A stretch of DNA of 26,673 nucleotides from Candidatus Methylomirabilia bacterium (lineage in GTDB: Bacteria; Methylomirabilota; Methylomirabilia; Rokubacteriales; CSP1-6): positions 1-26,673 of the forward strand of contig JBGQHJ010000059.1 in assembly GCA_041497895.1 (NCBI GenBank), given 5' to 3'. This document shows, piece after piece, positions 15,402-24,564 of this stretch. The stretch's first letter is position 1; each line of letters starts with the position of its first letter. The translations under genes were made by a program, and so were the position numbers. The notes beneath the pieces were generated by a model. It did no database searches. It had not been told where the DNA came from and was given only the letters and a program-made list of their open reading frames with translations.

Positions 15402-16334
15402 ATGAAGATCGTCCGCTTCTCGCAGAATGGTCACGCCGCCCGCCTCGGCTGCTTCCTCGGTCAGGACCGGATCGCCGACCTCGAGGCGACCGCGTCCGCC
15501 TATCTCGCGGCGCGGGGCGTGGTGCGCGCGGCCACGATCGCGGCGGCCCTGTTCCCCGCCGACAGCACGCGCGGCTTCCTCGAGGGCGGTAGCGCGAGCC
15601 AGGACATGCTGGGCGCGATGCTGGAGAGCGCGCGCGCCGGCAAGTTCCAGCCGGTGGCCCATCCGGTGGGCGCGGTGCGGTTGCACGCCCCCATCGCGGA
15701 CCCGGGCAAGTTCATCTGCATCGGGCTCAATTACAAGGACCACGCGGCCGAGACCAACAACCCCGCGCCCAAGGAGCCGCCGGTCTTCCCGAAGTGGGCC
15801 AACGCGATCCAGGATCCGGGTGAGCCGATCCTGCGGCCCCGCGGGGAGAAGACGCTCGACTGGGAGGTCGAGCTGGGCGTGGTGATCGGGCGTACCGCGC
15901 GCTTCGTGAAGCGGGAGCAGGCGCTCGACTACGTCTACGGCTACACCATCATCAACGACGCGAGCGCGCGCGACTTCCAGTTCCACACGAGCCAGTGGGG
16001 CGCGGGCAAGGCGGGCGACACCCTGGCCCCGGTGGGCCCCTACATCGCGGACCGGGCCGAGATCCCGGACCCGCACGTGCTCGACCTCAAGACCTGGGTC
16101 AACGGCACGCTGATGCAGAACGGCTCCACCCGGAATTTCATCTTCGACGTAGGCTACATCATCCAGTACCTGACCAACTTCATGACGCTGTCCCCGGGCG
16201 ACCTCATCGCCACCGGCACCCCCGCGGGGGTGGGCTTCTCGCGGAAGCCCCAGATCACGCTCCAGCCGGGGGACAAGGTCAAGCTCGAGATCACCGGGCT
16301 CGGCACCCTCGAGAACCCAGTGAAGGACGCCTAG
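15402..16334 (+). CDS. Fumarylacetoacetate hydrolase family protein
   Basis: AAGGAG RBS; 'KFICIGLNYKDH', 'LDWEVELGVVIG', 'NDASARD', 'GKAGDT', 'PGDLIATGTPAGVG'. Confidence 0.95.
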   Translation: MKIVRFSQNGHAARLGCFLGQDRIADLEATASAYLAARGVVRAATIAAALFPADSTRGFLEGGSASQDMLGAMLESARAGKFQPVAHPVGAVRLHAPIADPGKFICIGLNYKDHAAETNNPAPKEPPVFPKWANAIQDPGEPILRPRGEKTLDWEVELGVVIGRTARFVKREQALDYVYGYTIINDASARDFQFHTSQWGAGKAGDTLAPVGPYIADRAEIPDPHVLDLKTWVNGTLMQNGSTRNFIFDVGYIIQYLTNFMTLSPGDLIATGTPAGVGFSRKPQITLQPGDKVKLEITGLGTLENPVKDA

Positions 16335-16347
16335 CCGGGCACGCGCG

Positions 16348-17262
16348 ATGGCGGTCCGGACCTTTCTCCACTACGCGCTCGAGGTGCCCGACCAGACGGT
16401 CGGGCAGCGCTTCTACGAGGACTTCGGACTGGTGGACGGCACCGGTCGCAGCGACGCGGTCCGCCTGCGCCCCGAGCGGCTCGGCCGCGACGCGGTGCTG
16501 CTCTACGGGGGGCCGCGCAAGCGCCTCCACCATCTCTGCTACGGCGCACCCGGGGAGGACTTCGCCCGGGTGCGCGAGTCGCTGCGCCGCGCGGGCGTGC
16601 GCGAAATCGACCCGCCCCGTGGCGCCCCGGAGGGCGGCATCTGGATCCGCGACCCCGACGGCAACGCGGTGAACGTCCGCGACGAGGCGCCGCCCGCCGC
16701 CCCCGCGGACCCGCCGGTGGCCCAGAACGGCCCCGGCTACGTGCAGCGCGAGGCCGCGCGCGGTTACCCGGAACGCGGCCGGCGCATCGCCCCGCGCAAG
16801 CTCGGTCACGTGCTCCTCTTCACCCCCGACATGGAGCGCCTGATGCGCTTCTACACCGAGACGCTCGGCATGAAGCTCTCGGACCGCTCGCGGGGGATCA
16901 TCGCGTTCCTGCGCTGCAACACCGATCACCATACCCTGGCCCTGCTCTCCTCGCACGCTCCCGGCTTCCACCACGGCTCCTTCCAGGTGGGCAGCGTGGA
17001 CGAGATCGCGATGGGCGCGGTCCGCATGGCCGAGCGGGGCTGGCAGCCCGGCTGGGGCCTCGGGCGCCACGTGATCGGCTCGAACTTCTTCTACTACCTG
17101 CGCGACCCGTGGGGCAGCTTCAGCGAGTACTACTACGACCTCGACTACATCCCGGAGGGCTGCGCGTGGGAGGCGCGCGACTTCCCGCCCGAGGACTCCC
17201 TCTACGTGTGGGGCCCGCCGTGCCCGGCCGACTTCGGCGAGAACAAGGAAGCATGGACCTAG
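16348..17262 (+). CDS. Two-domain VOC-family extradiol ring-cleavage dioxygenase-like protein
   Basis: C-terminal metal triad candidates in 'KLGHV', 'FHHGSF' and 'FSEYY'; also 'DHHT', 'WGLGRH', 'FYYLRDPWG'. Confidence 0.88.
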   Translation: MAVRTFLHYALEVPDQTVGQRFYEDFGLVDGTGRSDAVRLRPERLGRDAVLLYGGPRKRLHHLCYGAPGEDFARVRESLRRAGVREIDPPRGAPEGGIWIRDPDGNAVNVRDEAPPAAPADPPVAQNGPGYVQREAARGYPERGRRIAPRKLGHVLLFTPDMERLMRFYTETLGMKLSDRSRGIIAFLRCNTDHHTLALLSSHAPGFHHGSFQVGSVDEIAMGAVRMAERGWQPGWGLGRHVIGSNFFYYLRDPWGSFSEYYYDLDYIPEGCAWEARDFPPEDSLYVWGPPCPADFGENKEAWT

Positions 17263-18455
17263 AGTTCCTCCACTCCCTGGCCCAGCCCGCCACCACCAAG
17301 ATCGTGCTCTGCTCCCTCGACGGCCTCGGCGGCCTGCCCGAGCCGCGCACCCGCAAGAGCGAGCTCGAGACCGCGCGAATCCCCAACCTGCACGCCCTCG
17401 CCGGGCGCGCGGCCTGCGGCCTCCTGCGCCACGTCGGCCCCGGCATCACGCCCGGCAGCGGGCCGGGGCACCTGGGTCTCTTCGGCTACGACCCGCTCCG
17501 CTTCCCGGTGGGCCGCGGTGTCCTCGAGGCGCTCGGCATCGACTTCGAGCTGCAGGGCGGAGACGTGGCCGCGCGCGGGAACTTCTGCACCGTCGACGCC
17601 CGCGGGGCCATCACCGACCGGCGGGCGGGGCGCATCGGCACCGACCTGTGCGTGCGCCTGTGCGAGCGTCTTCGCAAGATCCGCCTCGACGGGGTGCAGC
17701 TCCTGGTGGAGCCGGTCAAGGAGCACCGCTTCGTGCTCGTCCTGCGGGGCGCGGGCCTGTCCGGCCGACTCTCCGAGACGGATCCACAGCAGCTCGGGGT
17801 GCCACCTCTCCCGGTCTCCGCGCTGGCCCCCGAGGCGGAGCGGACCGCCGCGCTCGTCAACGCCTTCGTGGAGGCGGCACGGCCGCTCCTGCGCGACGAG
17901 GCGCCCGCGAACATGCTGCTGCTGCGGGGCTTCGATCAGCGCCCTCACCTGCCGCTCTTCCCCGACACGTTCCGGCTGCGGGCCGCCGCGGTCGCGGCGT
18001 ACCCGATGTACCGCGGCCTCGCGCGCCTGGTCGGCATGGACGTGCTCAAGACTGGCGGCACGTTCGCGGAGGAGATCGACACGCTCGAGCAACAGTGGGA
18101 GCACTACGACTTCTTCTTCCTCCACTACAAGGACACCGACAAGGCCGGGGAGGACGGCGACTTCAACGCCAAGGTCGCGGCGCTCGAGCGCTTCGACGCG
18201 CTGCTGCCGCGCGTGCTCGCCCTGCGCCCGGACGTCCTCGCGGTCTCGGGCGACCACGCCACCCCGTCCATCCTGAAGGGGCACGGCTGGCAGGGGGTGC
18301 CCGCGCTGATCTCGAGCCCCTACTGCGGTGACGACCTGGTCAGCCGCTTCACCGAGCGGGACTGCGCGAGCGGCTCGCTCGGGGTGATGCCCGCGCAGGA
18401 TCTGATGCCCCTGCTCATGGCGAACGCCCTCCGCTTCACCAAGTACGGAGCCTAG
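17253..18455 (+). CDS. apgM: 2,3-bisphosphoglycerate-independent phosphoglycerate mutase, archaeal-type
   Basis: 'DGLGG', 'TPGSGPGHLGLFGYDP', 'GRGVLEALG', 'DRRAGRI', 'HYKDTDKAGEDG', 'SGDHATP', 'HGW'; ATG 17253 with AAGGA, overlapping the VOC gene by 10 nt. Confidence 0.92.
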   Translation: MDLEFLHSLAQPATTKIVLCSLDGLGGLPEPRTRKSELETARIPNLHALAGRAACGLLRHVGPGITPGSGPGHLGLFGYDPLRFPVGRGVLEALGIDFELQGGDVAARGNFCTVDARGAITDRRAGRIGTDLCVRLCERLRKIRLDGVQLLVEPVKEHRFVLVLRGAGLSGRLSETDPQQLGVPPLPVSALAPEAERTAALVNAFVEAARPLLRDEAPANMLLLRGFDQRPHLPLFPDTFRLRAAAVAAYPMYRGLARLVGMDVLKTGGTFAEEIDTLEQQWEHYDFFFLHYKDTDKAGEDGDFNAKVAALERFDALLPRVLALRPDVLAVSGDHATPSILKGHGWQGVPALISSPYCGDDLVSRFTERDCASGSLGVMPAQDLMPLLMANALRFTKYGA

Positions 18456-18536
18456 GACGGCGCCCGCCTCCCGCGGGGCGGAGTGGCGGTTTAGGTTGGG
18501 GGCGGAAATCGCCCGCGGTATCCTGACCCCAGACTC

Positions 18537-19784
18537 ATGAAGCGGTCGCACTGCCTTCTGTCCGCCGCGATTCTGCTCGCCCTGGGCGTGGTCGGCCTCG
18601 CCGTCCCGACCCGGGAGAGCGCGCCCCCCGCACCTCCCGCGCTCGCCGAGGCTCCACCGGTCGCGCCAGCGCCGGCGGCCCCGGAGCCGATCGAGGTCAC
18701 GCTCAAGCGCGGCGAGACCCTCGAGGCCGCGCTGCGGCGGGGCGGGATCGAGCGCGCCGAGGCGGCCGCGATCGTGGCCGGCCTCCGCGGCAGCGTCAAC
18801 ATGCGGCGGCTCGCCCCCGGCGAGCGTCTCACCGTCAAGCCGGGGCCGCCCGACGCCTCGCCCGAGATCAGGTGGACACGCTCGCCCGCGGAGCGATACG
18901 AGATCCGGTCGAGCGAGGGGCGCTGGACGGTCGAGGCGGTGCGCCCCGACGTCGACACCCGCGTGGTGGCGGTCGCCGGCGAGGTCCGCGACTCGCTCTT
19001 CGCCAGCATGGAGCGCCTCGGCGAGACCGCCAATCTCACCGCGCGCCTGGTGAGCCTCTTCGAGTGGGACTTCGACTTCGCGGCCGACTCGCTGCCCGGC
19101 GACCGCTTCCGGTTCCTGGTGGAGAAGCGCTACGTCGGCGACGAGCTGCTGGGCTACGGCGACATCCTGGTCGCGCAGTACATGACCGCCGGCCGGCCGC
19201 TGCTCACCAGCGTGGCCTTCCAGGAGGCGGGGAGCCGCGCGGACTACTACGACGCCTCCGGCCGCTCGGTCCGGAAGATGTTCCTGCGCGCGCCGCTCGA
19301 CTTCACGCGCATCACCTCCGGCTTCTCCCACGCGCGCCACCATCCGATCCTGGGCGGCCTCAGGCCGCACCTGGCCGTCGATTACGGGGCGCCGGTCGGC
19401 ACTCCGGTGCGCGCGGTGGCCGACGGAGTGGTCACGCAGGCCGGCTGGGACGGTGGCTTCGGGCTCTCGATCTCGCTCCGCCACGCCCGCGGCTACGAGA
19501 CGATGTACAATCACCTCTCCCGGCTCGACGTGAAACGGGGCGAGCGGGTGCGCCAGCGGCAGGTCATCGGGCGCGTCGGCACCACCGGGCTCTCCACCGG
19601 CCCCCACCTCGACTATCGCGTGCGCAAGGCCGGCGTCTTCGTGAACCCGCTCGGCGAGAAGTTCATTCCCGGCGCCCCGGTGCCCGCCCATCGGCGCGAG
19701 GCCTTCACGGTGCACGTGAAGGCCCTGCTCGAGCGGCTCGACGCCCAGGCTCCCTTCCCGCCCCGCGCCCCCGGCCGATCCTGA
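18537..19784 (+). CDS. M23-family peptidoglycan endopeptidase (MepM-like)
   Basis: Signal/anchor, Pro-rich linker, LysM-like 'LKRGETL', 'RITSGF', 'HLAVDYGAPVGTPV', 'YNHLS', 'STGPHLDY'. Confidence 0.92.
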   Translation: MKRSHCLLSAAILLALGVVGLAVPTRESAPPAPPALAEAPPVAPAPAAPEPIEVTLKRGETLEAALRRGGIERAEAAAIVAGLRGSVNMRRLAPGERLTVKPGPPDASPEIRWTRSPAERYEIRSSEGRWTVEAVRPDVDTRVVAVAGEVRDSLFASMERLGETANLTARLVSLFEWDFDFAADSLPGDRFRFLVEKRYVGDELLGYGDILVAQYMTAGRPLLTSVAFQEAGSRADYYDASGRSVRKMFLRAPLDFTRITSGFSHARHHPILGGLRPHLAVDYGAPVGTPVRAVADGVVTQAGWDGGFGLSISLRHARGYETMYNHLSRLDVKRGERVRQRQVIGRVGTTGLSTGPHLDYRVRKAGVFVNPLGEKFIPGAPVPAHRREAFTVHVKALLERLDAQAPFPPRAPGRS

Positions 19785-19827
19785 TCCCCCGGCCTCTCGC
19801 TCCGCCGCCGCGGTAGGGCGCCCCCTC

Positions 19828-20655
19828 ATGTTCCGGCAGCGCGCCGGCTCGAGCCTCTGCTACCGGTGCGGCAAGCTCAACCGCGTCGACGCGGCGGTCT
19901 GCTTCTACTGCGGAGCCCGCCGGCCCGGCCTCTGGGGATTCGCCCCGCTGACCGGCCGCCTGGTGGGCGCGCTGGACTTCTCGAAGGCGGTCATCGCGGT
20001 CTGCGTCGCGCTCTACGTGGCCTCGATCCTGCTGGACCCCGCGGCCGCCCTCCGGGGCCGGAGCCCTTTCGACCTCCTCCCGCCGGACGACCGCGCGCTG
20101 GTCAGGCTCGGCATGGCGGGCGCGGCCCCGTGGGCCGCCGGCTGGTGGTGGACGCTCGTGACCGGCATGTACCTCCACGGCAGCCTGCTCCACATCGTCT
20201 TCAACCTGCTCTGGGTCCGGCAGCTGGCTCCAGCGGTCGAGCAGCTCTTCGGACGCTCGCGGCTCGTCGTGATCTACACCGCGGGGGGCGTGCTCGGATT
20301 CGTGCTCTCCAACCTGGTCGGCATCCGCTTCACCCTCGGGGCATCCGGCGCGGTCTTCGGCCTGCTGGGCGCCATGGTCGCCTACGGGCGCAGCCGCGGC
20401 GGCGCCTTCGGGGTCGCGGTGCTCCGGCAGTACGGGCAGTGGGCGCTCTTCATGTTCATCGCCAGCTTCTTCCTGGCCGGGGTGAACAACTGGGGCCACG
20501 CGGGCGGCTTCGCGGGCGGCTACCTCGCCGCGCTCGCGCTCGGCCACCTCGAACGCCGGCCCGAGCGCGGCGTCGACCGGCTGGTGGCGGTGGCCACCGT
20601 GGGTCTCACCGCGCTCTCGTTCGCGGTCGCGATCTGGAACGGCTTCCTGCGCTGA
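19828..20655 (+). CDS. Rhomboid intramembrane serine protease with N-terminal CxxC...CxxC zinc ribbon
   Basis: 'CYRC...CFYC'; 'YLHGSLLHIVFN'; catalytic Ser in 'GASG' and His in 'NNWGHAGG'. Confidence 0.9.
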   Translation: MFRQRAGSSLCYRCGKLNRVDAAVCFYCGARRPGLWGFAPLTGRLVGALDFSKAVIAVCVALYVASILLDPAAALRGRSPFDLLPPDDRALVRLGMAGAAPWAAGWWWTLVTGMYLHGSLLHIVFNLLWVRQLAPAVEQLFGRSRLVVIYTAGGVLGFVLSNLVGIRFTLGASGAVFGLLGAMVAYGRSRGGAFGVAVLRQYGQWALFMFIASFFLAGVNNWGHAGGFAGGYLAALALGHLERRPERGVDRLVAVATVGLTALSFAVAIWNGFLR

Positions 20656-20664
20656 ACGCTCGAT

Positions 20665-22629
20665 TCAGACGAGGCGATCGGCCTCCGAGCGGAACGCGTC
20701 GATCTGCTCCGGCCGGCCGAAGACGCGGAGCCGGTCGCCGGGGCGCAGCCGGGTGGCCGCGGAGGGATTGACCACCGCCTCGCCGTCCGGCCGCTCCACC
20801 GAGACCACCGTCACCCCGAACCGCTCGCGCACCCGCGCCTCCCCGAGCGACAGGTCGGCCAGCGCGCCGGCGCCGAGCCTCACCTCGTGCACCTCGGGCA
20901 GCGCGTCCCCGGCGAGGCCGCCGCGGTCCGGGGCGCCCACCGGGTTCATGGCGCCGCGAAAGCGGGTGAGGTAGTCGAGCACGCGCGACTGCGGCTGCGC
21001 GAGCTGACGGAGGGCGTGCCGGATCAGCGTGGCCGCCGCCTCGAGCTCGGGCTCGATGACCTCGGTGGCACCCGCCTCACGGAGCCCCTCGCGGCCCGAC
21101 GCGGTGAGGGCCCGCGCGAGGATGGGCACGTGCGGGCTCCGGGTGCGGACCGCCCGCACCACCAGCTGGGCCCGATCCATCTCGGGCAGCGCCACGACCA
21201 CCAGCGACGCCCCGGCCGCGCCCGCCTCCTCGAGGAGGCGAGGCTGCGCGGCGTCGCCAAACAGGCACCGCACGTCGCGGGAGCGCAGGCCGCGCACGAT
21301 GTCCGGATCCCGCTCGATGACGACGAACCGGATCCCGAAGGTCTCGAGCGCCTCGCCCACCGCGCTGCCCACGCGGCCGAAGCCGCAGAGCACGACCGCC
21401 TCCGTCGCCGCCCGCTCCGTGCCACCGGGGGCGGGTCGCAGTGGAACCCCGCGGAGGCGGGCGATCCACCCGGGCGCCGCGCGCACGAGGACCGCGTTGA
21501 TCAGGATCGTGATCAGCGAGGCGGCGAGGGTGGCGTTGTAGACGTCGGCGCCCACGTGCCCAGCCGTCCGCGCGACCTGGACCAGGATGAACGAGAACTC
21601 ACCGATCTGGGTGAGCCCGACCCCGACCAGCAGCGCGGTCCAGAGCGGCTGGCGGAAGAGCCAGACCACGAGGGTCCACAGCACCAGCTTGCCGACCACC
21701 ACCATCGCCACCATCGTGGCGAGCAGGGGCACGTTGGCGACCAGGCGGCCCGGATCGATCAGGGCCCCGATGGTCACGAAGAACAGCGCCACGAAGACGT
21801 CGCGCAGCGGCAGCAGGCGGGCCAGCGTCTCGTGGGCGTAGTCGGACCCGTTGATGATGAGCCCGGCCAGGAAGGCGCCGAGGGCGAGGGAGAGCCCGGC
21901 GGCCTGGGTGAGGGCGGCGGTGCCGAGCCCCACCGCGAGGGCCACGAGGAGGAACATCTCGTCGCTGTGCATACGGGCCACCCGCGTCATCAGCGGCGGG
22001 ACGATCCGGGCCGCCGCGTAGCCCGCCGGGATCAGGATGAGCAGGGCCCGGCCGAGGGTCCACGCGATCGTGAGCAGCCGCCCCGGCTCGAGCGTGCCGA
22101 GAGTGGGGATGACGACGATGAGGATCACCACCGCGAGGTCCTCGACGAGGGTGATGCCGATCATCACGCGGCCGTGGCGCGCGTGCAGCTCTCCCCGGTC
22201 CATGAGCAGCCGCGCCAGCACCATGGTGCTGGCCACCGAGATGACGATGCCCACGATGGCACCCTGGAGGAGCGGCCAGCCGAGCAGGAACGCCACCCCC
22301 AGGCCCAGCGAGACCGAGAGCAGGATGCCGAGGGGGCCGCCCAGGAGCGCCACCCACTTCACGCGCAGCAGGTCGCGCAGCGAGAACTCGATGCCCACCG
22401 AGAACATCAGCAGGATCACGCCGATCTCGGCGAACAGCTCGAAGGTGTGCAGGTCCGAGACCGCGGGGCCGGGGGTGAGCGGGCTGATCAGGATGCCCCC
22501 CAGGACGTAGCCCAAAACGAGCGGCTGGCCCGCGAGCCGGGCGAGCGCGCCGCCCGCCACCGCGGCCATGAAGACGTAGGCCAGGTCCCGGAAAAAGATC
22601 GATTCGGCGGCCACGGCCAAGTTTCGCAT
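20665..22629 (-). CDS. CPA2 cation:proton antiporter with RCK_N (TrkA-N) and RCK_C (TrkA-C) domains
   Basis: 'AEIGVILLMFSVGIEFS', 'STM', 'VEDL', 'QIGEFSF'; 'VLCGFGRVG', 'FGDA'; C-terminal 'VRERFGVTVVSVER...NPS...LRPGDRLRVFG'. Start is ATG 22629 or GTG 22614. Confidence 0.92.
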   Translation of the reverse strand: MRNLAVAAESIFFRDLAYVFMAAVAGGALARLAGQPLVLGYVLGGILISPLTPGPAVSDLHTFELFAEIGVILLMFSVGIEFSLRDLLRVKWVALLGGPLGILLSVSLGLGVAFLLGWPLLQGAIVGIVISVASTMVLARLLMDRGELHARHGRVMIGITLVEDLAVVILIVVIPTLGTLEPGRLLTIAWTLGRALLILIPAGYAAARIVPPLMTRVARMHSDEMFLLVALAVGLGTAALTQAAGLSLALGAFLAGLIINGSDYAHETLARLLPLRDVFVALFFVTIGALIDPGRLVANVPLLATMVAMVVVGKLVLWTLVVWLFRQPLWTALLVGVGLTQIGEFSFILVQVARTAGHVGADVYNATLAASLITILINAVLVRAAPGWIARLRGVPLRPAPGGTERAATEAVVLCGFGRVGSAVGEALETFGIRFVVIERDPDIVRGLRSRDVRCLFGDAAQPRLLEEAGAAGASLVVVALPEMDRAQLVVRAVRTRSPHVPILARALTASGREGLREAGATEVIEPELEAAATLIRHALRQLAQPQSRVLDYLTRFRGAMNPVGAPDRGGLAGDALPEVHEVRLGAGALADLSLGEARVRERFGVTVVSVERPDGEAVVNPSAATRLRPGDRLRVFGRPEQIDAFRSEADRLV

Positions 22630-22681
22630 CCACACCGGGCGGGGCCAAGCCTCGAGTCCACTCCGGGCCACCCGGGCGTCG

Positions 22682-22699
22682 TATACTGCTGGGCGGAGG
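22682..22699 (+). promoter_or_regulatory. -10 element TATACT and GGAGG RBS of the coiled-coil gene
   Basis: TATACT 22682-22687, GGAGG 22695-22699, ATG 22706. Confidence 0.5.
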
Positions 22700-22705
22700 C
22701 GACCC

Positions 22706-23131
22706 ATGACCGAGCGACGCAGAGCGCCCGCTCCCACGGCGCAGGCAAAGATCAAGCAGCTCGAGACCCGGCTCGCGCAGGTGGAGGCCGACCTCGAGCG
22801 GGTCCGCAGCACCGCCGCGCGGGGCGGCCTGACCCGCGAGAAGCTCGCCGGTATCGAGAAGACGATGGCCGCGCAGGTGGCGCGGGCCCAGGCCGGGCTC
22901 AAGGAGTCGGTCAACCGGCTCAGCCGCCGGCTCCTGAGCGCGCGCTCACGGCAGGAGGCGGCGCGGCAGATCGTGCAGGCCCGCGAGGGGGTCAAGGAAT
23001 CCCTGGACCGCCTGGCCCGCACCCTCGGTGACTCGCAGAAGAAGGTGACGCGCGAGGTCTCGCTGCTGACCCGCGGCCTGCGGGCCGGCGTCGAGGCGGG
23101 CCGCGCCGCCTACCGGGGAAGACGCCGCTAG
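22706..23131 (+). CDS. Basic all-helical / coiled-coil hypothetical protein
   Basis: Good RBS, GC3-biased codons, heptad-like pattern, internal repeat 'AGLKESVNRL' / 'EGVKESLDRL'. Confidence 0.72.
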   Translation: MTERRRAPAPTAQAKIKQLETRLAQVEADLERVRSTAARGGLTREKLAGIEKTMAAQVARAQAGLKESVNRLSRRLLSARSRQEAARQIVQAREGVKESLDRLARTLGDSQKKVTREVSLLTRGLRAGVEAGRAAYRGRRR

Positions 23132-23181
23132 CCGGATTTTCACTTGGCCCCCCCGCCCGCCAAGCCCACAATGGATAGCCG

Positions 23182-24564
23182 ATGCGCCCGATCCTGATCT
23201 GCCCGGACGATCTGCTCGAGCACATGGTGGCGGCCGCCGCCTTCCCGGGCGAGCGGCCGCTCTACCTGGTATCGCGGGCGAGCCTGCGCGCACGGCTCGG
23301 TCGGCACGGCAATCGGGCGGTCGCGGGCAAGGTGACCGACGTGGCCTTTCTCCGCAAGGCCCTGCGCGGCGGGCGCGGGCCGGTGGTGGTGGCCGCGCCC
23401 TCCGGGCGGCTCGGCCGCGTGGCCGCGGCGGTGAGGGACGCGCTGCCCGACGCCCCGATCCTGGTGCTCCGCGACGACGACCGGCCGCTCGCCGGCGCCA
23501 CCGTGGTGCCGCTCTCCGCCTTCGGCGAGCGCATCATCCAGCCCGCGGTGGACCGCGCGGCCCAGCGGGTCCGCGCCGACCGGCTGCGCGCCCATTTCTA
23601 CGACGCGGAGCGCGTGCTGATCCTCATGCAGGACGATCCCGACCCCGACGCGATCGCCTCCGCGCTGGCGCTCAAGACCCTGCTCGGCCGCACCCGCACC
23701 TCGGCTCCCATGTGCACCTTCGGCACCATCACCCGGCCCGAGAACCTGGCGATGTGCAAGATCCTCGAGATCGAGGTGGAGGCGATCAACGCCGCGGACC
23801 TCGCCCAGTTCGACCGGGTGGCGATGGTCGACGTGCAGCCCTCCTTCCTCGAGGAGCGCTTCGATGAGGTCGACCTGGTGATCGACCATCATCCGGTGGA
23901 GCAACCAATCCGCGCCCGCATCAAGGACGTGCGGCCGTCCTACGGGGCCACCTCCACGATCCTGGTCGAGTACCTGCGCGCGGCGGATGTCAAGATCACC
24001 CAGCGCCTCGCCACCGCGCTCCTCTACGGCATCAAGTCCGACACGCTCGGCCTCGAGCGCGGCGGGACCCGGGCCGACCTCGAGGCGTTCTCGTATCTCT
24101 ACCTGCTCGCCAACCACAACGCGCTCCGGCGCATCGAGCGCCCCGAGCTCTCCCAGGAAGCGCTCGACGTCCTCGCCCAGGGCCTCGCCAAGCGCCGGGT
24201 CCTCCAGGGCGTGTTCTTCTCGCACCTGGGCCGGGTCGCCACCGTGGACCTCATCCCGCAGTTCGCCGACTTCGGGCTGCAGGCGGAGGGCGTGCAGTGG
24301 TCGGTGGTCTCCGGCGTGGTCGGCGACGAGGTCCACGTCTCGGTCCGCAACGTCGGCTACGTCAAGAGCGCGGGGGACGTGACCCGGGCCGCGTTCGGCG
24401 ACCTGGGCGTGGGCGGCGGTCACCGCACGATGGCCAAGGCCATCTTCCCGGTGCGCCAGCTCGCCCGGGCCAAGGGCGAGGCCTCCTGCCAGGACCTGAT
24501 CGTCGAGCGCTTCCTGCGTGCGCTCGGCGTCGCGGCCCGGCCGGCGGAGAGCGGCCAGCCGTGA
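23182..24564 (+). CDS. DHH/DHHA1-family phosphoesterase with an extra, degenerate Rossmann/TrkA-N-like N-terminal domain
   Basis: 'DPDPDAIASA', 'MVD', 'IDHH', 'GIKSDT', 'SVR', 'GGGH'. Confidence 0.9.
   Translation: MRPILICPDDLLEHMVAAAAFPGERPLYLVSRASLRARLGRHGNRAVAGKVTDVAFLRKALRGGRGPVVVAAPSGRLGRVAAAVRDALPDAPILVLRDDDRPLAGATVVPLSAFGERIIQPAVDRAAQRVRADRLRAHFYDAERVLILMQDDPDPDAIASALALKTLLGRTRTSAPMCTFGTITRPENLAMCKILEIEVEAINAADLAQFDRVAMVDVQPSFLEERFDEVDLVIDHHPVEQPIRARIKDVRPSYGATSTILVEYLRAADVKITQRLATALLYGIKSDTLGLERGGTRADLEAFSYLYLLANHNALRRIERPELSQEALDVLAQGLAKRRVLQGVFFSHLGRVATVDLIPQFADFGLQAEGVQWSVVSGVVGDEVHVSVRNVGYVKSAGDVTRAAFGDLGVGGGHRTMAKAIFPVRQLARAKGEASCQDLIVERFLRALGVAARPAESGQP

Noticed and set aside
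19595..19620. M23 motif reads HLD instead of HxH, suggesting possible inactivity
   Set aside because: GPHLDY is, to my knowledge, a common variant among MepM-like proteins, and HxxxD is intact.
17259..19829. 856-aa - strand ORF spanning apgM and M23
   Set aside because: Antisense shadow of two genes that happen to share a frame; no recognisable domain.
20887..23031. 714-aa + strand ORF, and the antiporter extension to 23022
   Set aside because: The first is a shadow of the antiporter; the extension overlaps the RBS-supported coiled-coil gene.
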